Assembly: GCA_902597015.1 (NCBI GenBank)
Contig: CACJWQ010000002.1
Location: 28,383 to 92,382, forward strand
Source: an uncultured Alphaproteobacteria bacterium
GTDB taxonomy: Bacteria; Pseudomonadota; Alphaproteobacteria; HIMB59; GCA-002718135
DNA: 64,000 nt
Direction: 5' to 3'
A program made the translations under genes and the position numbers. The notes below the pieces were generated by a model. The model did not search any database. It was not told where the DNA came from and worked only from the letters and a program-made list of their open reading frames with translations. Below are positions 8,993-19,578 of this stretch, piece after piece (positions within the stretch are counted from its first letter, which is position 1; each line of letters starts with the position of its first letter).

Positions 8993-10074
8993 TTTGTTTC
9001 ACCAATATAAATTCCAAGTCCTTCAGCTACTTTAATCAAAGGATCATTTTTTTGAACAGTTTTTGAATATCCAGCAACTTGACTAAGCATCAAATCTTGT
9101 ACTCCTCTGTCTTTCCATACAACTACTCTATTAAATTTTTTCTTTGCAATTAAATCAACCGCATAAACCCCAAAGGCACTTGCAATTAAACGATCTCTAT
9201 GAGTTGGTTGAGCACCTCTTTGAACATGTCCTAGAACTGTAACTCTTGTTTCAGAGTCTGTTATTTTATAGATTTCATCACCAAGATAATTTCCAATCCC
9301 TCCAAGGCGCACCTCTCCATCAACATATTTCACTGTAGCTTTTTTACCGTTTTCTTTTTTTACAGCTTCTGCAACAACAATTAATGCATGATTTCTTCCT
9401 TTAGATCTAAGTTTCTCAATATGGTCAGCAATAGATTTTATAGAATATTGAATCTCCGGAATCAAAATAACATCTGCTCCTCCAGCTATTCCTGCATTCA
9501 AAGCAATGTGACCTGCATCTCTGCCCATTACTTCTAAAATCATTACTCTTCTGTGGCTAGCAGCTGTTGGTTGAAGCATATCTAATGCATTTGTTGCAAC
9601 ATCAACTGCAGTATCATATCCTATAGAAAGCTCATTATGCTTTACATCATTGTCTATAGTCTTTGGAATACCAACAAAATTTATATTACCTTTTTTTGTA
9701 ATACTTTGCAGAATTTTTAAACTTCCATCTCCACCGATACCTATTAGTGCATCTATTTCTAATTTTTTAAAACCTTCTATAACTAAATCAGATGAGTCTA
9801 TTTTTTTTCCATTCCTTATAATTTTTTTAAAAGGGTTGCCTTTGTTATTTGATCCCAAAAAAGTTCCACCCATTCTCATTAAGCTACCCTCAAAATTTTT
9901 AGGATTTAATTTGATAACGTCCAGTGGCTCTTTCAACAGGCCTAGTGTTCCATCTTTAATTCCATAGACTTCCCAATTATACTTATTATGTGCTCTCAAG
10001 GTAACAGCTCTAATTACTGCATTTAAACCTGCACAATCTCCACCACTTGTTAAAATTGCTATTTTTTTTACCAC
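8989..10074 (-). CDS. pfk: 6-phosphofructokinase (ATP or PPi specificity unresolved)
   Basis: 361 aa. LTSGGDCAGLNAVIR, GIGGDGSL, IPKTIDNDV and MGR motifs of the PfkA family. Confidence 0.9.
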   Translation of the reverse strand: MVKKIAILTSGGDCAGLNAVIRAVTLRAHNKYNWEVYGIKDGTLGLLKEPLDVIKLNPKNFEGSLMRMGGTFLGSNNKGNPFKKIIRNGKKIDSSDLVIEGFKKLEIDALIGIGGDGSLKILQSITKKGNINFVGIPKTIDNDVKHNELSIGYDTAVDVATNALDMLQPTAASHRRVMILEVMGRDAGHIALNAGIAGGADVILIPEIQYSIKSIADHIEKLRSKGRNHALIVVAEAVKKENGKKATVKYVDGEVRLGGIGNYLGDEIYKITDSETRVTVLGHVQRGAQPTHRDRLIASAFGVYAVDLIAKKKFNRVVVWKDRGVQDLMLSQVAGYSKTVQKNDPLIKVAEGLGIYIGETN

Positions 10075-10118
10075 AGGGCGTTTATATACTATTATTATAT
10101 TTTTACTTATTTATTTTC

Positions 10119-10319
10119 ATGGATGACATAAACAAACTTATAGAAATTTTAAAAAATTTTGAACAAGAACACAGAGATCTTGATGAAATACTCATTCAGC
10201 TTCAAGAAAAAAATACTGTAGATTTTTTACAAATTCAAAGGTTAAAAAAAAGAAAATTAATCCTCAAAGATAAAATATTAGAAATTCAAAATAAATTAGA
10301 GCCAGATAGTATAGCTTAA
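10119..10319 (+). CDS. DUF465 (YdcH-like) small protein
   Basis: The conserved part starts at the internal Met (MDDINKLIEILKNFEQEHRDLDEIL...RLKKRKLILKDKI). The 24-codon upstream extension in the ORF track overlaps pfk and looks spurious. Confidence 0.7.
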   Translation: MDDINKLIEILKNFEQEHRDLDEILIQLQEKNTVDFLQIQRLKKRKLILKDKILEIQNKLEPDSIA

Positions 10320-10933
10320 GCTAAAAAACTTTTTAAAAATTTGGGAGCGTTATCCTTAATAAAAGATATTCTTTCCTTAATTCTTGGAATTTTTGATATT
10401 CTCTTAAGATTTTTATCAATATTTTCTTCAACATGCTTCATTTCTTTTGAAAAAAAAACGAACAAGGCATTAGTATATACTCCTGATAAAATCAGTCTTT
10501 TTGTATAAAAATTGAAATCTGTTGAATTATCTCCAGCTAAATACCACATTGTACTAACTGAATTATACAAACTCTTTTTTGATATTTTGTTATTTGTGGG
10601 TAGCAAAAGATGGTTAAAGGTTTTTTTATAAAATTCTTTATCTTCATTTAATATATCAAATCGTAATAATAATATTTTTTTTATTCTTTTATTAATTGGA
10701 AAATTAATTAAATTAATTTTTTTTAATTTATATTCAAGTTTTTCATTAATATTTTGTAAAGCATATTCTAATAAATTTTTATATCCATCAGGGAAAAAAT
10801 AGAATAAATCATTTTTTTCTATATTTTGTTTTTGTAATTTTGAAAATATTTCTGATGACCAACCTTCAATTGATACGATTTTTTTTGTTTTTTTGAGAAT
10901 ATCTTCTTTTTTTTTAATTTCTGTTTTGTTCAT
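10316..10933 (-). CDS. COQ9 family protein (rpsU-divergently-transcribed protein family)
   Basis: 205 aa. DFNFYTKRLILSGVYTNALFVF resembles the COQ9/TIGR02396 core. Lies near rpsU on the opposite strand. Confidence 0.6.
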   Translation of the reverse strand: MNKTEIKKKEDILKKTKKIVSIEGWSSEIFSKLQKQNIEKNDLFYFFPDGYKNLLEYALQNINEKLEYKLKKINLINFPINKRIKKILLLRFDILNEDKEFYKKTFNHLLLPTNNKISKKSLYNSVSTMWYLAGDNSTDFNFYTKRLILSGVYTNALFVFFSKEMKHVEENIDKNLKRISKIPRIKERISFIKDNAPKFLKSFLA

Positions 10934-11444
10934 TTTTCCAATATGTAGTTATTTCTTTTTCAAAGCCAAAAGCATTTTTATGTGCTAAGCGTGATGTATA
11001 CAAGATGCCGTTTAAATGATCTACCTCATGTTGTACTACCCTTGCGTGTAAGCCTTCAACTTCATTTTCAATTTCTTTACCATCAAGGTCAAATCCAGAA
11101 TATTTGATTTTTTTAAATCTTCTAACCAAACCCTGCATACCAGGTATTGATAGACAACCTTCCCAATCATCCTCAGTTTCTTTTCCCATGGGTGTAAAAA
11201 TAGGATTTATTAATGGTGTTATCTCAATTTTATCTTTCTCTTCATTATCTGGATTACGAAATACTATTATTTTCTTTGAAATATGTACTTGGGGTGCAGC
11301 TAAACCTATACCGTTATAGTCAAGCATTGTTTCAGACATATCATAAACTATTTTTTTTAGAGAATCTGAAGAGAATTCTTTTATCTCAGAACATTCTTTT
11401 AGCAAGATTGGATGTCCGATTTTTGATATTTTGAGAATAGACAC
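10914..11444 (-). CDS. def: Peptide deformylase
   Basis: 176 aa. GIGLAAPQV, EGCLSIPG and HEVDHLNG metal-site motifs. Confidence 0.93.
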   Translation of the reverse strand: MSILKISKIGHPILLKECSEIKEFSSDSLKKIVYDMSETMLDYNGIGLAAPQVHISKKIIVFRNPDNEEKDKIEITPLINPIFTPMGKETEDDWEGCLSIPGMQGLVRRFKKIKYSGFDLDGKEIENEVEGLHARVVQHEVDHLNGILYTSRLAHKNAFGFEKEITTYWKNEQNRN

Positions 11445-11538
11445 ATAATAAATATAAGTATTTTTTCTAATATACCAATAGATTAATTCAATATATCCGT
11501 TTGCAAATAATATGAGTTTGTGTTACTAGCCCGTCCCA

Positions 11539-11736
11539 ATGACACTTTTTGTAAATGTAAAAGATAATAACGTAGAGCAAGCAATTAGAACACTTAAAAA
11601 GAAAATGCAGCGTGAAGGTTTGTATAAAGAAATGAAACTACGTAAACATTACGAAAAACCTTGTTTGAAACGCGCTCGAGAAAAAGAAGAAAATATTAGA
11701 AGAGCAAGGAAGTCTGCAAAAAGAAATAACGATTAA
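11539..11736 (+). CDS. rpsU: 30S ribosomal protein S21
   Basis: 65 aa. [40 protein letters not shown] is typical of S21. Confidence 0.92.
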   Translation: MTLFVNVKDNNVEQAIRTLKKKMQREGLYKEMKLRKHYEKPCLKRAREKEENIRRARKSAKRNND

Positions 11737-13127
11737 GCTGAAAGACTTTTTACGATATCCTCACACATTTTTTTAGCATCTCCAAATAGCATAGTTGTAT
11801 TATCTCTATAAAACAACTCATTATCAACACCAGAATAACCAGTTGCCATTGAACGTTTTACAAATAGAACGCTCTGAGATTTTTCTACATCTAAAATAGG
11901 CATACCAAAAATAGGAGATGACTCATCTGTTTTTGCAGCTGGATTTGTTACATCATTTGCTCCAATAACAAAAGTAACCTCTGTCATAGGAAAATCATGA
12001 TTAATTTCATCAAGCTCCAAGACTTCTTCATAAGGAACATTAGCTTCAGCTAGTAAAACATTCATATGACCTGGCATTCTTCCAGCTACTGGATGTATTG
12101 CATATCTTACTTCTATTCCTTCTTTTTTTAATATGTCACCCATTTCTCTTAAAGCATGTTGAGCTTGTGCTACAGCCATTCCATATCCTGGTACAATAAT
12201 TACAGAGTCTGCGTTTTTCATTATATATGCCGCATCCTCTGCATTACCTTGTTTAACAATTTTGTCTGAGTTGTCCTTACTAGCACTAGTGTCTTGCTCA
12301 CCACCAAAACCTCCTAGAACAACATTAATAATGGATCTATTCATCCCTTTACTCATTATATAACTCAATATTGCACCAGACGCTCCAACAAGAGCACCAG
12401 TTATAATTAAGAGATTATTACTTAGGGTAAATCCTATGCCACAAGCTGCCCAACCTGAATAAGAGTTTAACATAGAAACGACAACTGGCATGTCAGCTCC
12501 ACCAATAGGAATTACTACAAGAAATCCTAGTAATATTGATACAATGACTATTGTCCAAAAGATTGTTGGAGATTGATTAATTACAAATAAAACAATCAAG
12601 AAAATAATTAGCAGGAAAATTAGTGCATTTATAAGATGCTGGAACTTAAATACTATTGGTTTTCCTGAAATTGTACCTTGTAATTTTCCAAAAGCTAAAA
12701 CAGAACCAGAAAAAGTAATAGCACCAATAAATGTTCCAATACTCATTTCAACTAAACTAGCAGTTTTAATTGAACCAACTTTTCCAATACTAAATGCTAC
12801 GGGATCATAGAATGCAGCTGCAGCAACAAAAACAGCTGCTAGACCTACTAAGCTATGAAAAGCTGCTACCAACTGAGGTAATGCTGTCATCTCAATTCTG
12901 AGAGCAATAAATGACCCTATGGCACCTCCAATTAATATCGCGGCTCCAATTTCATAATAACTAAGAACAGATTTAAACATTAGAGTTGTAAACACCGCTA
13001 TAATCATTCCAATGATACCAAAAATGTTACCCATTCTTGAGGATTCAGGGTGAGATAAACCTCTTAAAGCAAAGATAAATAATAACGCAGAAATTAAATA
13101 TAATATCGCAACCATATTGGAAGACAT
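11733..13127 (-). CDS. pntB: NAD(P) transhydrogenase subunit beta
   Basis: 464 aa. N-terminal polytopic membrane domain plus the C-terminal NADP(H) domain ([38 protein letters not shown]). Confidence 0.93.
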   Translation of the reverse strand: MSSNMVAILYLISALLFIFALRGLSHPESSRMGNIFGIIGMIIAVFTTLMFKSVLSYYEIGAAILIGGAIGSFIALRIEMTALPQLVAAFHSLVGLAAVFVAAAAFYDPVAFSIGKVGSIKTASLVEMSIGTFIGAITFSGSVLAFGKLQGTISGKPIVFKFQHLINALIFLLIIFLIVLFVINQSPTIFWTIVIVSILLGFLVVIPIGGADMPVVVSMLNSYSGWAACGIGFTLSNNLLIITGALVGASGAILSYIMSKGMNRSIINVVLGGFGGEQDTSASKDNSDKIVKQGNAEDAAYIMKNADSVIIVPGYGMAVAQAQHALREMGDILKKEGIEVRYAIHPVAGRMPGHMNVLLAEANVPYEEVLELDEINHDFPMTEVTFVIGANDVTNPAAKTDESSPIFGMPILDVEKSQSVLFVKRSMATGYSGVDNELFYRDNTTMLFGDAKKMCEDIVKSLSA

Positions 13128-13444
13128 TATTCTTTTTCCTTTGTTTTTTTATTTTTTTTCTTAAACATCGAAAGCATTCGATATGTAACTAAGAAACCTC
13201 CAAAAATATTAACTGATGCTAACACAACACCAATTAATCCAAAAATTTTTGAAGTATCAAAACCTTGAGGACCAGCTGCCAATATGGCCCCAACTATAAT
13301 TACACTTGATATGGCATTTGTCACACCCATCAATGGACTATGTAAAGCAGGAGTAACAGACCAAACTACATAATAGCCAATTATACAAGCTAAAAAAAAT
13401 ACAGTTAGTCCAATAACAAAAACTTCTGAAGAATGTGCTTCCAT
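13127..13444 (-). CDS. pntA: NAD(P) transhydrogenase subunit alpha, part 2 (membrane)
   Basis: 105 aa with three hydrophobic helices. Sits between pntAA and pntB with 1-nt junctions, the classic split-alpha arrangement of alphaproteobacteria. Confidence 0.85.
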   Translation of the reverse strand: MEAHSSEVFVIGLTVFFLACIIGYYVVWSVTPALHSPLMGVTNAISSVIIVGAILAAGPQGFDTSKIFGLIGVVLASVNIFGGFLVTYRMLSMFKKKNKKTKEKE

Positions 13445-13445
13445 A

Positions 13446-14567
13446 TTACTTAAATTGCTCCAATCTTACATCCCCATCATGCGTTAGCAAAACAGAATTA
13501 ATTATTTCATCATTAAAATCAAAATTTATTTTTTTATTTTCTTTATCTATTAACAAGCTTAGGAAGTTAAAAATATTTTTTGCATACAGAGCTGATGCAT
13601 CTTTGGCTACTCTTCCAGGAACATTTCCATACCCAACGATTTTTACTCCATTATGCACTACTATTTCATTCATTTTACTTAAAGGGCAATTACCACCAGC
13701 TTCCACTGCTAAATCAATTACTACTGAACCCGGTATCATGGAAGAAACCATGTCTTCTGTGATTAAAACTGGAGCTTTTTTTCCAGGAATTAGAGCAGTA
13801 CAAATTACAATATCTTGTTTTGAAACTGTTTCAGCTATCAATTGAGCTTGTTTTTTCTTATAATCCTCACTCATTTCCTTTGCATACCCGCCTTCAGTTT
13901 CAGCATTTTGAGCTTCATCATCTTCAACCATTATGAATTTTCCACCAAGACTTTCAACTTGTTCCTTAGTTGCTGCTCTTACATCAGTGGCAGACACTAC
14001 TGCGCCAAGTCTTTTTGCTGTTGCAATTGCTTGTAAACCAGCAACTCCTACACCAAGTATCATGACTTTTGCTGGATTTACTCTACCAGCAGCAGTCATC
14101 ATCATTGGAAAAGCCTTTCCAAATTGCTCCGCTGCATCAATTACACTTCTATATCCCGCTAAGTTAGCTTGGGATGATAGAACATCCATACTTTGTGCTC
14201 TACTTATTCTAGGAATTAATTCCATACAACATGATGATATTTTGTTTTTATTTAAATTAGAAAATTCAGATTTATTTTCATAAGGGTTTAAAATTCCAAT
14301 AAGTAATGAATTATTTTTTAAGTTATTTATGTCATCAGTGCTTGGCATTCTAACACATAAACAAACATCAGCCTTCAAGCATTCAGATCTAGTACCAATC
14401 TTAGCTCCAGCTTCTTCATAATTTGAATTTTGATATCCTGAAGTTTCTCCAGCTCCATTTTCAATTATAACTTCAAAACCCAGTCTAGAAAAAAGTTTTA
14501 CTGATTCAGGGGAGATAGAGACTCTTGTCTCATTGTTATCATTTTCTTTTATTGCAGATAAGAGCAT
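13446..14567 (-). CDS. pntA: NAD(P) transhydrogenase subunit alpha, part 1 (AlaDH-like dI domain)
   Basis: 373 aa. RVSISPESV, SQANLAGY and VMILGVGVAGLQAIATAKRLGA motifs. Confidence 0.92.
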   Translation of the reverse strand: MLLSAIKENDNNETRVSISPESVKLFSRLGFEVIIENGAGETSGYQNSNYEEAGAKIGTRSECLKADVCLCVRMPSTDDINNLKNNSLLIGILNPYENKSEFSNLNKNKISSCCMELIPRISRAQSMDVLSSQANLAGYRSVIDAAEQFGKAFPMMMTAAGRVNPAKVMILGVGVAGLQAIATAKRLGAVVSATDVRAATKEQVESLGGKFIMVEDDEAQNAETEGGYAKEMSEDYKKKQAQLIAETVSKQDIVICTALIPGKKAPVLITEDMVSSMIPGSVVIDLAVEAGGNCPLSKMNEIVVHNGVKIVGYGNVPGRVAKDASALYAKNIFNFLSLLIDKENKKINFDFNDEIINSVLLTHDGDVRLEQFK

Positions 14568-14573
14568 GAGTTC

Positions 14574-15920
14574 TTATATTGATAGGTCAGCTAAATTTAA
14601 AGCTTTTTGTTGGTTTTTCATTAATTTTTTTGAGTTAAAATCTTCAATGAGCTCATGAAATATTCTGTACCAATTAACTTCAGCTTTTAAATGCATAAAT
14701 ACTGAACCTAGCCCTACTGCTGCTCTATCCATGAACACAAATTCTTTTGGAGGTTTAACACCGCCTAGTTTTTTAAGCTCTTGATGAACTTCAGATGCAA
14801 TTTGTGCTCCATATATACCACTATCGCTTTCTTGTATTTTTTGAACTTTATCTTCCATCAAAGGTGAATATAAAAATCCTGCCCATTTATTTAATACTTT
14901 TAATTTCTCTTTTGTTATGTCAGTAAATCCCCATTGCTCATATGCATGAATTGCCTTTGAATTGTCTTTTTCTTGAAGAGCAAAATATAAGTCAATAACA
15001 CCTTGAATGAAATTACCATTAAAAATTCTCATACAACCAAAGTCATATATATTAATACTAAGGTCTTTTTTTTGTACAGAATAATTTCCTAAATGTGGAT
15101 CACCGTGAAGCACTCCGTATTCAAAGAATGGTTTATACCACGCTTTATACATATTAGCAGCTAATGTATTTCTTGTTTCTTTAGAAGATTTTTTAAAATT
15201 CAAAATTGGCTCACCATCTAGCCAACTCATAGTTAGCAATCTTTTTGTAGATAATTTATCATAGGTTTTTGGAACATGAACAAAATTTATATTTGAAAAT
15301 ATATTTCTAAATACAGCCATTAATTTTTTTTCTCTTTCGTAATCTAGCTCTTCTTTAAGTCTGTCAGTAATTTCTTTGTATACTTCATCAGTTTTGATCG
15401 CTTTATTATAGGACTGATAAATTGAAAAAATCATTTTTAATTGTGAAAGATCAGCACTAACTGCTGAAGCCATGTCTGGGTATTGGAGTTTGCAAGCTAC
15501 TATATCATCATTTTTTATTTTAGCTTTATGAACTTGTCCAAGAGAAGCTGCTCTTGTTGCTTCTTTATCAAACTCAATAAAATTTTTTTGCCAGTCCTGC
15601 TTTAATTCTGCAGCCATTCTTCTTTTAACAAACAACCATCCCATCGGTGGAGCATTAGACTGTAAATGCATAAGCTCTTGTGCGTACTCATCAGGAAGTA
15701 AGTCAGGTATAGTTGCTGATAATTGTGCCACTTTCATTAATGGCCCTTTAATACTTCCAAGAGCAGCTCTTATTTCTGAAGCATGTTTTTCTTTATCTAA
15801 CTTAACACCTAAATATCTTTGACTTGCAAGTTTAGTGGCTAATTTTCCAACAACACCCCCAACTTTCGCATACCTAGTAAGTTGTTTTGTTAGAGATTTT
15901 GCTTCTTTATCTTTCATCAA
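14574..15920 (-). CDS. ABC1/AarF/UbiB family atypical kinase
   Basis: 448 aa. AASLGQVHKA and HGDPHLGN motifs of the ABC1 family. No C-terminal TM helices seen. Confidence 0.8.
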   Translation of the reverse strand: MMKDKEAKSLTKQLTRYAKVGGVVGKLATKLASQRYLGVKLDKEKHASEIRAALGSIKGPLMKVAQLSATIPDLLPDEYAQELMHLQSNAPPMGWLFVKRRMAAELKQDWQKNFIEFDKEATRAASLGQVHKAKIKNDDIVACKLQYPDMASAVSADLSQLKMIFSIYQSYNKAIKTDEVYKEITDRLKEELDYEREKKLMAVFRNIFSNINFVHVPKTYDKLSTKRLLTMSWLDGEPILNFKKSSKETRNTLAANMYKAWYKPFFEYGVLHGDPHLGNYSVQKKDLSINIYDFGCMRIFNGNFIQGVIDLYFALQEKDNSKAIHAYEQWGFTDITKEKLKVLNKWAGFLYSPLMEDKVQKIQESDSGIYGAQIASEVHQELKKLGGVKPPKEFVFMDRAAVGLGSVFMHLKAEVNWYRIFHELIEDFNSKKLMKNQQKALNLADLSI

Positions 15921-15922
15921 TT

Positions 15923-17719
15923 TTATTCTTCTAATTGGTCAATCAGATTCTCAATAACATTAACTCCTTTTTGCCAGAAATCTTTTTTCTTCGGATTTAA
16001 TCCAAAAGGTTTCAATAGTTTATCATATGTATCACTACCACCACTTTCTAACAAAGTAATGTATTTGTCTTCAAATTTAGGGAGTTTGCTCTCGTAAACA
16101 TTAAAAAGAGAATTAACAAGACAATCACCAAAAGCATATGCATAAACATAAAATGGTGAATGAATAAAATGGGGTATGTAGCTCCAAAAATATTTGTAAT
16201 CATCATTAAATTTTATTGATGGTCCTAAACTTTTCTTTTGAACATCAATCCAAATTTTACAAATCTCATCAACACTTAATTCTTTAATTTTTCTTTGATG
16301 GTGAATACGTTTTTCAAATTCAAAAAATGCAATCTGCCTCACAACAGTGTTTAGCATATCTTCGACTTTGTTTGCTAAAAGGCCCTTACGTTCATTTTCT
16401 TTTGTCGTAATAGATAAAAGAGATTTAAAAGTTAACATTTCTCCAAAAACACTTGCAGTTTCAGCAAGTGTTAACGGTGTTGAAGAGTTAAAATAAGTTT
16501 GTTTTTGTCCTGCTAAATATTGATGAATTCCGTGTCCTAGTTCGTGAGCAAGAGTTGCAATATCTCTTGCTTTACCCTGATAATTAACAAGTATAAATGG
16601 ATGAACTGATGGGACAGTAGAAGCAGCAAACGCACCAGGAGATTTACCTGAAATTACTGGGGCGTGTATCCATGAATTATCAAAAAATTTATTTACAATA
16701 TTTCCAGCTCTCTTATCAAAATTTGAATAAGCATCAGATACAATTTGTCTTGCATCTTTCCAGGAATAAATACTCTGTGATTGAAAAGGAAGAGGTGCAT
16801 TTCTGTCCCAATACATTAAAAATTTCTTTTTTAACCATTTAGATTTTATTTTATAATAACGATGAGCAATTTTTGGATAATTTTCTTTTATTGTTTCAGT
16901 TAAGGCTTCTACAACTTCATCTTCAACAACATTAGATAAATTTCTTGAACTGACTGGATTTGGCAATCCTCTCCATTTATCATTGATTGATTTATCTTTT
17001 GCAAGATTATTAGTAATAGATGTAAACAAACTAATATTATCTTTTAAGACACCAGATATTACCTCAGCTGATTTTTTACGATTTGATTCTTTTTTATCAG
17101 AAAGAAAATTAAAAATTTCAGCACTAGATAAATTTTTTCCCTTGAAAGGAAATTTAAGTGATGCAATTGTATCATCAAATAGTCTGATCCAGGCTGATCT
17201 TGAAGTAATACTTTTTTCTTGAAGTAATTTTTCTGTTTTAACGTCTAACTGATAAGGTTTGAATTTTCGAATATTTTTTATCCAGTTTTTGTAAATTTTT
17301 AGTTTTTTATCAGCATAAATTTTTTTTAAATTTTTTTCAGAAATTTCATTTATCTCAAGACTAAAGAAGACAATTGAGGCGGCAATATTTGTTATTTGCT
17401 CCTGCATTTGCTGATAAAAGATTTTATTCTTTTCATTATTACCATCCTCTGCAACTAATAAATGCGCATAAGACATAATTTTATCTATTTTTGTATCAAT
17501 ATCCTCTAATTCAATAATGGCTTTTAAGAGTTGATTAGAGCTAATCTTGGTAATTTTGGAGGCGTATTTTTTCTCAAATTTTTTAGTTGATATTCTGAGC
17601 TTATTTAAATCATTATTCAGCTTTTTAGCTTTTGGGGATTCATATAAATCCTTTAAATTCCAAATGGGTAGTTTACCAAGGGTATTTTTTGTTGAATTTT
17701 GATAATTTTTTTGTTTCAT
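15923..17719 (-). CDS. pepF: Oligoendopeptidase F (M3 family)
   Basis: 598 aa. HELGHGIH zinc motif and M3B-like length and layout. Confidence 0.87.
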   Translation of the reverse strand: MKQKNYQNSTKNTLGKLPIWNLKDLYESPKAKKLNNDLNKLRISTKKFEKKYASKITKISSNQLLKAIIELEDIDTKIDKIMSYAHLLVAEDGNNEKNKIFYQQMQEQITNIAASIVFFSLEINEISEKNLKKIYADKKLKIYKNWIKNIRKFKPYQLDVKTEKLLQEKSITSRSAWIRLFDDTIASLKFPFKGKNLSSAEIFNFLSDKKESNRKKSAEVISGVLKDNISLFTSITNNLAKDKSINDKWRGLPNPVSSRNLSNVVEDEVVEALTETIKENYPKIAHRYYKIKSKWLKKKFLMYWDRNAPLPFQSQSIYSWKDARQIVSDAYSNFDKRAGNIVNKFFDNSWIHAPVISGKSPGAFAASTVPSVHPFILVNYQGKARDIATLAHELGHGIHQYLAGQKQTYFNSSTPLTLAETASVFGEMLTFKSLLSITTKENERKGLLANKVEDMLNTVVRQIAFFEFEKRIHHQRKIKELSVDEICKIWIDVQKKSLGPSIKFNDDYKYFWSYIPHFIHSPFYVYAYAFGDCLVNSLFNVYESKLPKFEDKYITLLESGGSDTYDKLLKPFGLNPKKKDFWQKGVNVIENLIDQLEE

Positions 17720-17775
17720 ATTTTACTATTTCGATATAGGTCTAATATCAAAGCTTTGTAGGGAGGATAGAAAGC

Positions 17776-19578
17776 ATGATTGTTAATTTTGACGAATTTA
17801 ATAGCATACCGGGTATATTTTATCATCAAGCAAATGATCTAAAAGATCAACCATATTTATGGAAGAAAGAGAATGATAAATACGTTTCTTTAAGCTGGTC
17901 ACAAGTAAAAGAACAAGTCGAAAGTTTAGCAACATACTTAAAAGATCTGGGAATTTTAGAAGGAGATAGAGTACTAATTTTATCTGAAAATAGACCTGAA
18001 TGGCAAATCACTGATTTAGCAATAATGTCGATAGGAGCAATTTCAGTTCCTGCTTATACAACGAGTACAACCAATGATTATAAATATATTATTGAGCATT
18101 CTGGTGCTAGATGTGCCATCGTATCATCACACGAGTTAATGAAAAAAGTTCTACCTGCAATAGAAAAAATTTCACATTGCCAAAACGTAATAAAAATTAA
18201 TGATGATAATGAAACTTATGCAGAAGTTGTAAATATTTTATCATACAATAAAATTATAAATGATAATTTAGAAAAAAGTAAAAATTCTAAGGAAATAGAA
18301 GAACTATCAAAAAATTATAAAAGAAAAGATACAGCATGTATTATTTATACATCAGGTACTGGGGGCAATCCTAAAGGAGTGATGTTAAGTCATGGAGCAA
18401 TGCTGAGAAACTGTGCTTCCTGTGATAAATTACTTGAGAGTCTTACTAGTGATTTAACAAAAGAAATTAGATATTTATCATGGTTGCCATTATCTCATTC
18501 ATATGAGCATACTTTACAATTCTTAGAAATGGGGCAAGGCGCACAAATCTATTACGCTGAAAGTATAGATAAATTATTAGTAAATATGGCTGAGGCAGCG
18601 CCACATTTTATGACAGCTGTTCCAAGGTTTTATGACTCTTTACACACACGCATTTCACAAGGTCTAAAAAACCAAAGTAAATTAAGTCAACGCTTCTTTG
18701 CAATTACATTAAATCTAGGAAAGAAAAAATATTTTGGTGAGCAGATGAGCTTCTCTGAGAGATTTATTAATGGATTGATGGATAGAATAGTAAGAAAAAA
18801 AGTTAAGAAAAGATTTGGCGGAAGTCTCAGAGCATTGATATCTGGAGGCGCAGCACTAAATTTTGAAGTTGGATTATACTTAAGCGCCCTTGGCCTTCCA
18901 CTACTTCAAGGATACGGACAAACTGAAACTGCTCCTGTTATTTCTGCAAACCCTCCTGAAAAAATTAAATTAGATACTGTTGGAAAAGTTCTTCAAGGAA
19001 ATGAAGTGAAAATTTCTGAAGATGGAGAAATTTTAGCTCGTGGTGAACTAATTATGAATGGTTATTGGAATGATCCTGAGTCAACTAATAAAACTATAAT
19101 AGATGGGTGGGTTCATACAGGTGATATTGGTGAATTTGATGAAGAAAATTATTTAAAAATAACAGATAGGAAAAAAGATATTATTGTAAATGCTGGTGGA
19201 GATAATATTTCTCCTTCAAGAATAGAGGCAAAACTAGATATTGAACCTGAAATTGCTCAATCAATGTTATATGGAGATTTCAAAAATTACCTAGTTGCAA
19301 TCCTGGTTCCTAATAAAGACTTAGCTTTAGAATGGGCAAAAGAAAATAATGTTGAGGGTGATTTAAATAAAATAATTCAAGATTCTTCATTTAATAAAAA
19401 GATGAAGGAAGTTGTAGATAAAGTCAATAAAAGCCTCTCTAGTATTGAACAAATAAGAAAATTTATTCTCATTGATCACGAATTTACAATTGAAAACAAT
19501 ATGATGACTCCTTCCATGAAAGTAAGAAGATTTAAAGTAAAAGAGATGTATGGAGAGAATTTAGAAAAACTATATTAA
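17776..19578 (+). CDS. fadD: Long-chain acyl-CoA synthetase (AMP-forming)
   Basis: 600 aa. IIYTSGTGGNPKGVMLSH AMP-binding motif, GYGQTE, and TGDIG...DRKKD. Confidence 0.88.
   Translation: MIVNFDEFNSIPGIFYHQANDLKDQPYLWKKENDKYVSLSWSQVKEQVESLATYLKDLGILEGDRVLILSENRPEWQITDLAIMSIGAISVPAYTTSTTNDYKYIIEHSGARCAIVSSHELMKKVLPAIEKISHCQNVIKINDDNETYAEVVNILSYNKIINDNLEKSKNSKEIEELSKNYKRKDTACIIYTSGTGGNPKGVMLSHGAMLRNCASCDKLLESLTSDLTKEIRYLSWLPLSHSYEHTLQFLEMGQGAQIYYAESIDKLLVNMAEAAPHFMTAVPRFYDSLHTRISQGLKNQSKLSQRFFAITLNLGKKKYFGEQMSFSERFINGLMDRIVRKKVKKRFGGSLRALISGGAALNFEVGLYLSALGLPLLQGYGQTETAPVISANPPEKIKLDTVGKVLQGNEVKISEDGEILARGELIMNGYWNDPESTNKTIIDGWVHTGDIGEFDEENYLKITDRKKDIIVNAGGDNISPSRIEAKLDIEPEIAQSMLYGDFKNYLVAILVPNKDLALEWAKENNVEGDLNKIIQDSSFNKKMKEVVDKVNKSLSSIEQIRKFILIDHEFTIENNMMTPSMKVRRFKVKEMYGENLEKLY

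Noticed and set aside
10047-10118. N-terminal 24-codon extension of the DUF465 ORF
   Set aside because: It overlaps the pfk start region and encodes hydrophobic junk (MLKLLFFLPQGVYILLLYFYLFIF). The conserved DUF465 sequence begins at the Met at 10119.
13435-14283. Antisense ORFs of 136, 60, 64 and 116 aa opposite pntAA
   Set aside because: These are shadow ORFs opposite a strongly supported gene, with low-complexity S/L/F/I-rich translations and no motifs.

The same reasoning applies to the other antisense ORFs, grouped by start coordinate:
- 615, 1018, 1158, 2073, 3959 and 5824
- 6911, 9650, 11104, 11213 and 16983
- 20188, 25520, 28102, 30400 and 34120
- 34711, 37062, 39053, 43968 and 45188
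- 46137, 49831, 51267, 52733 and 53540
- 54958, 60571, 61033, 62762 and 62949

It also applies to the same-strand out-of-frame ORFs at 62749 and 63001.
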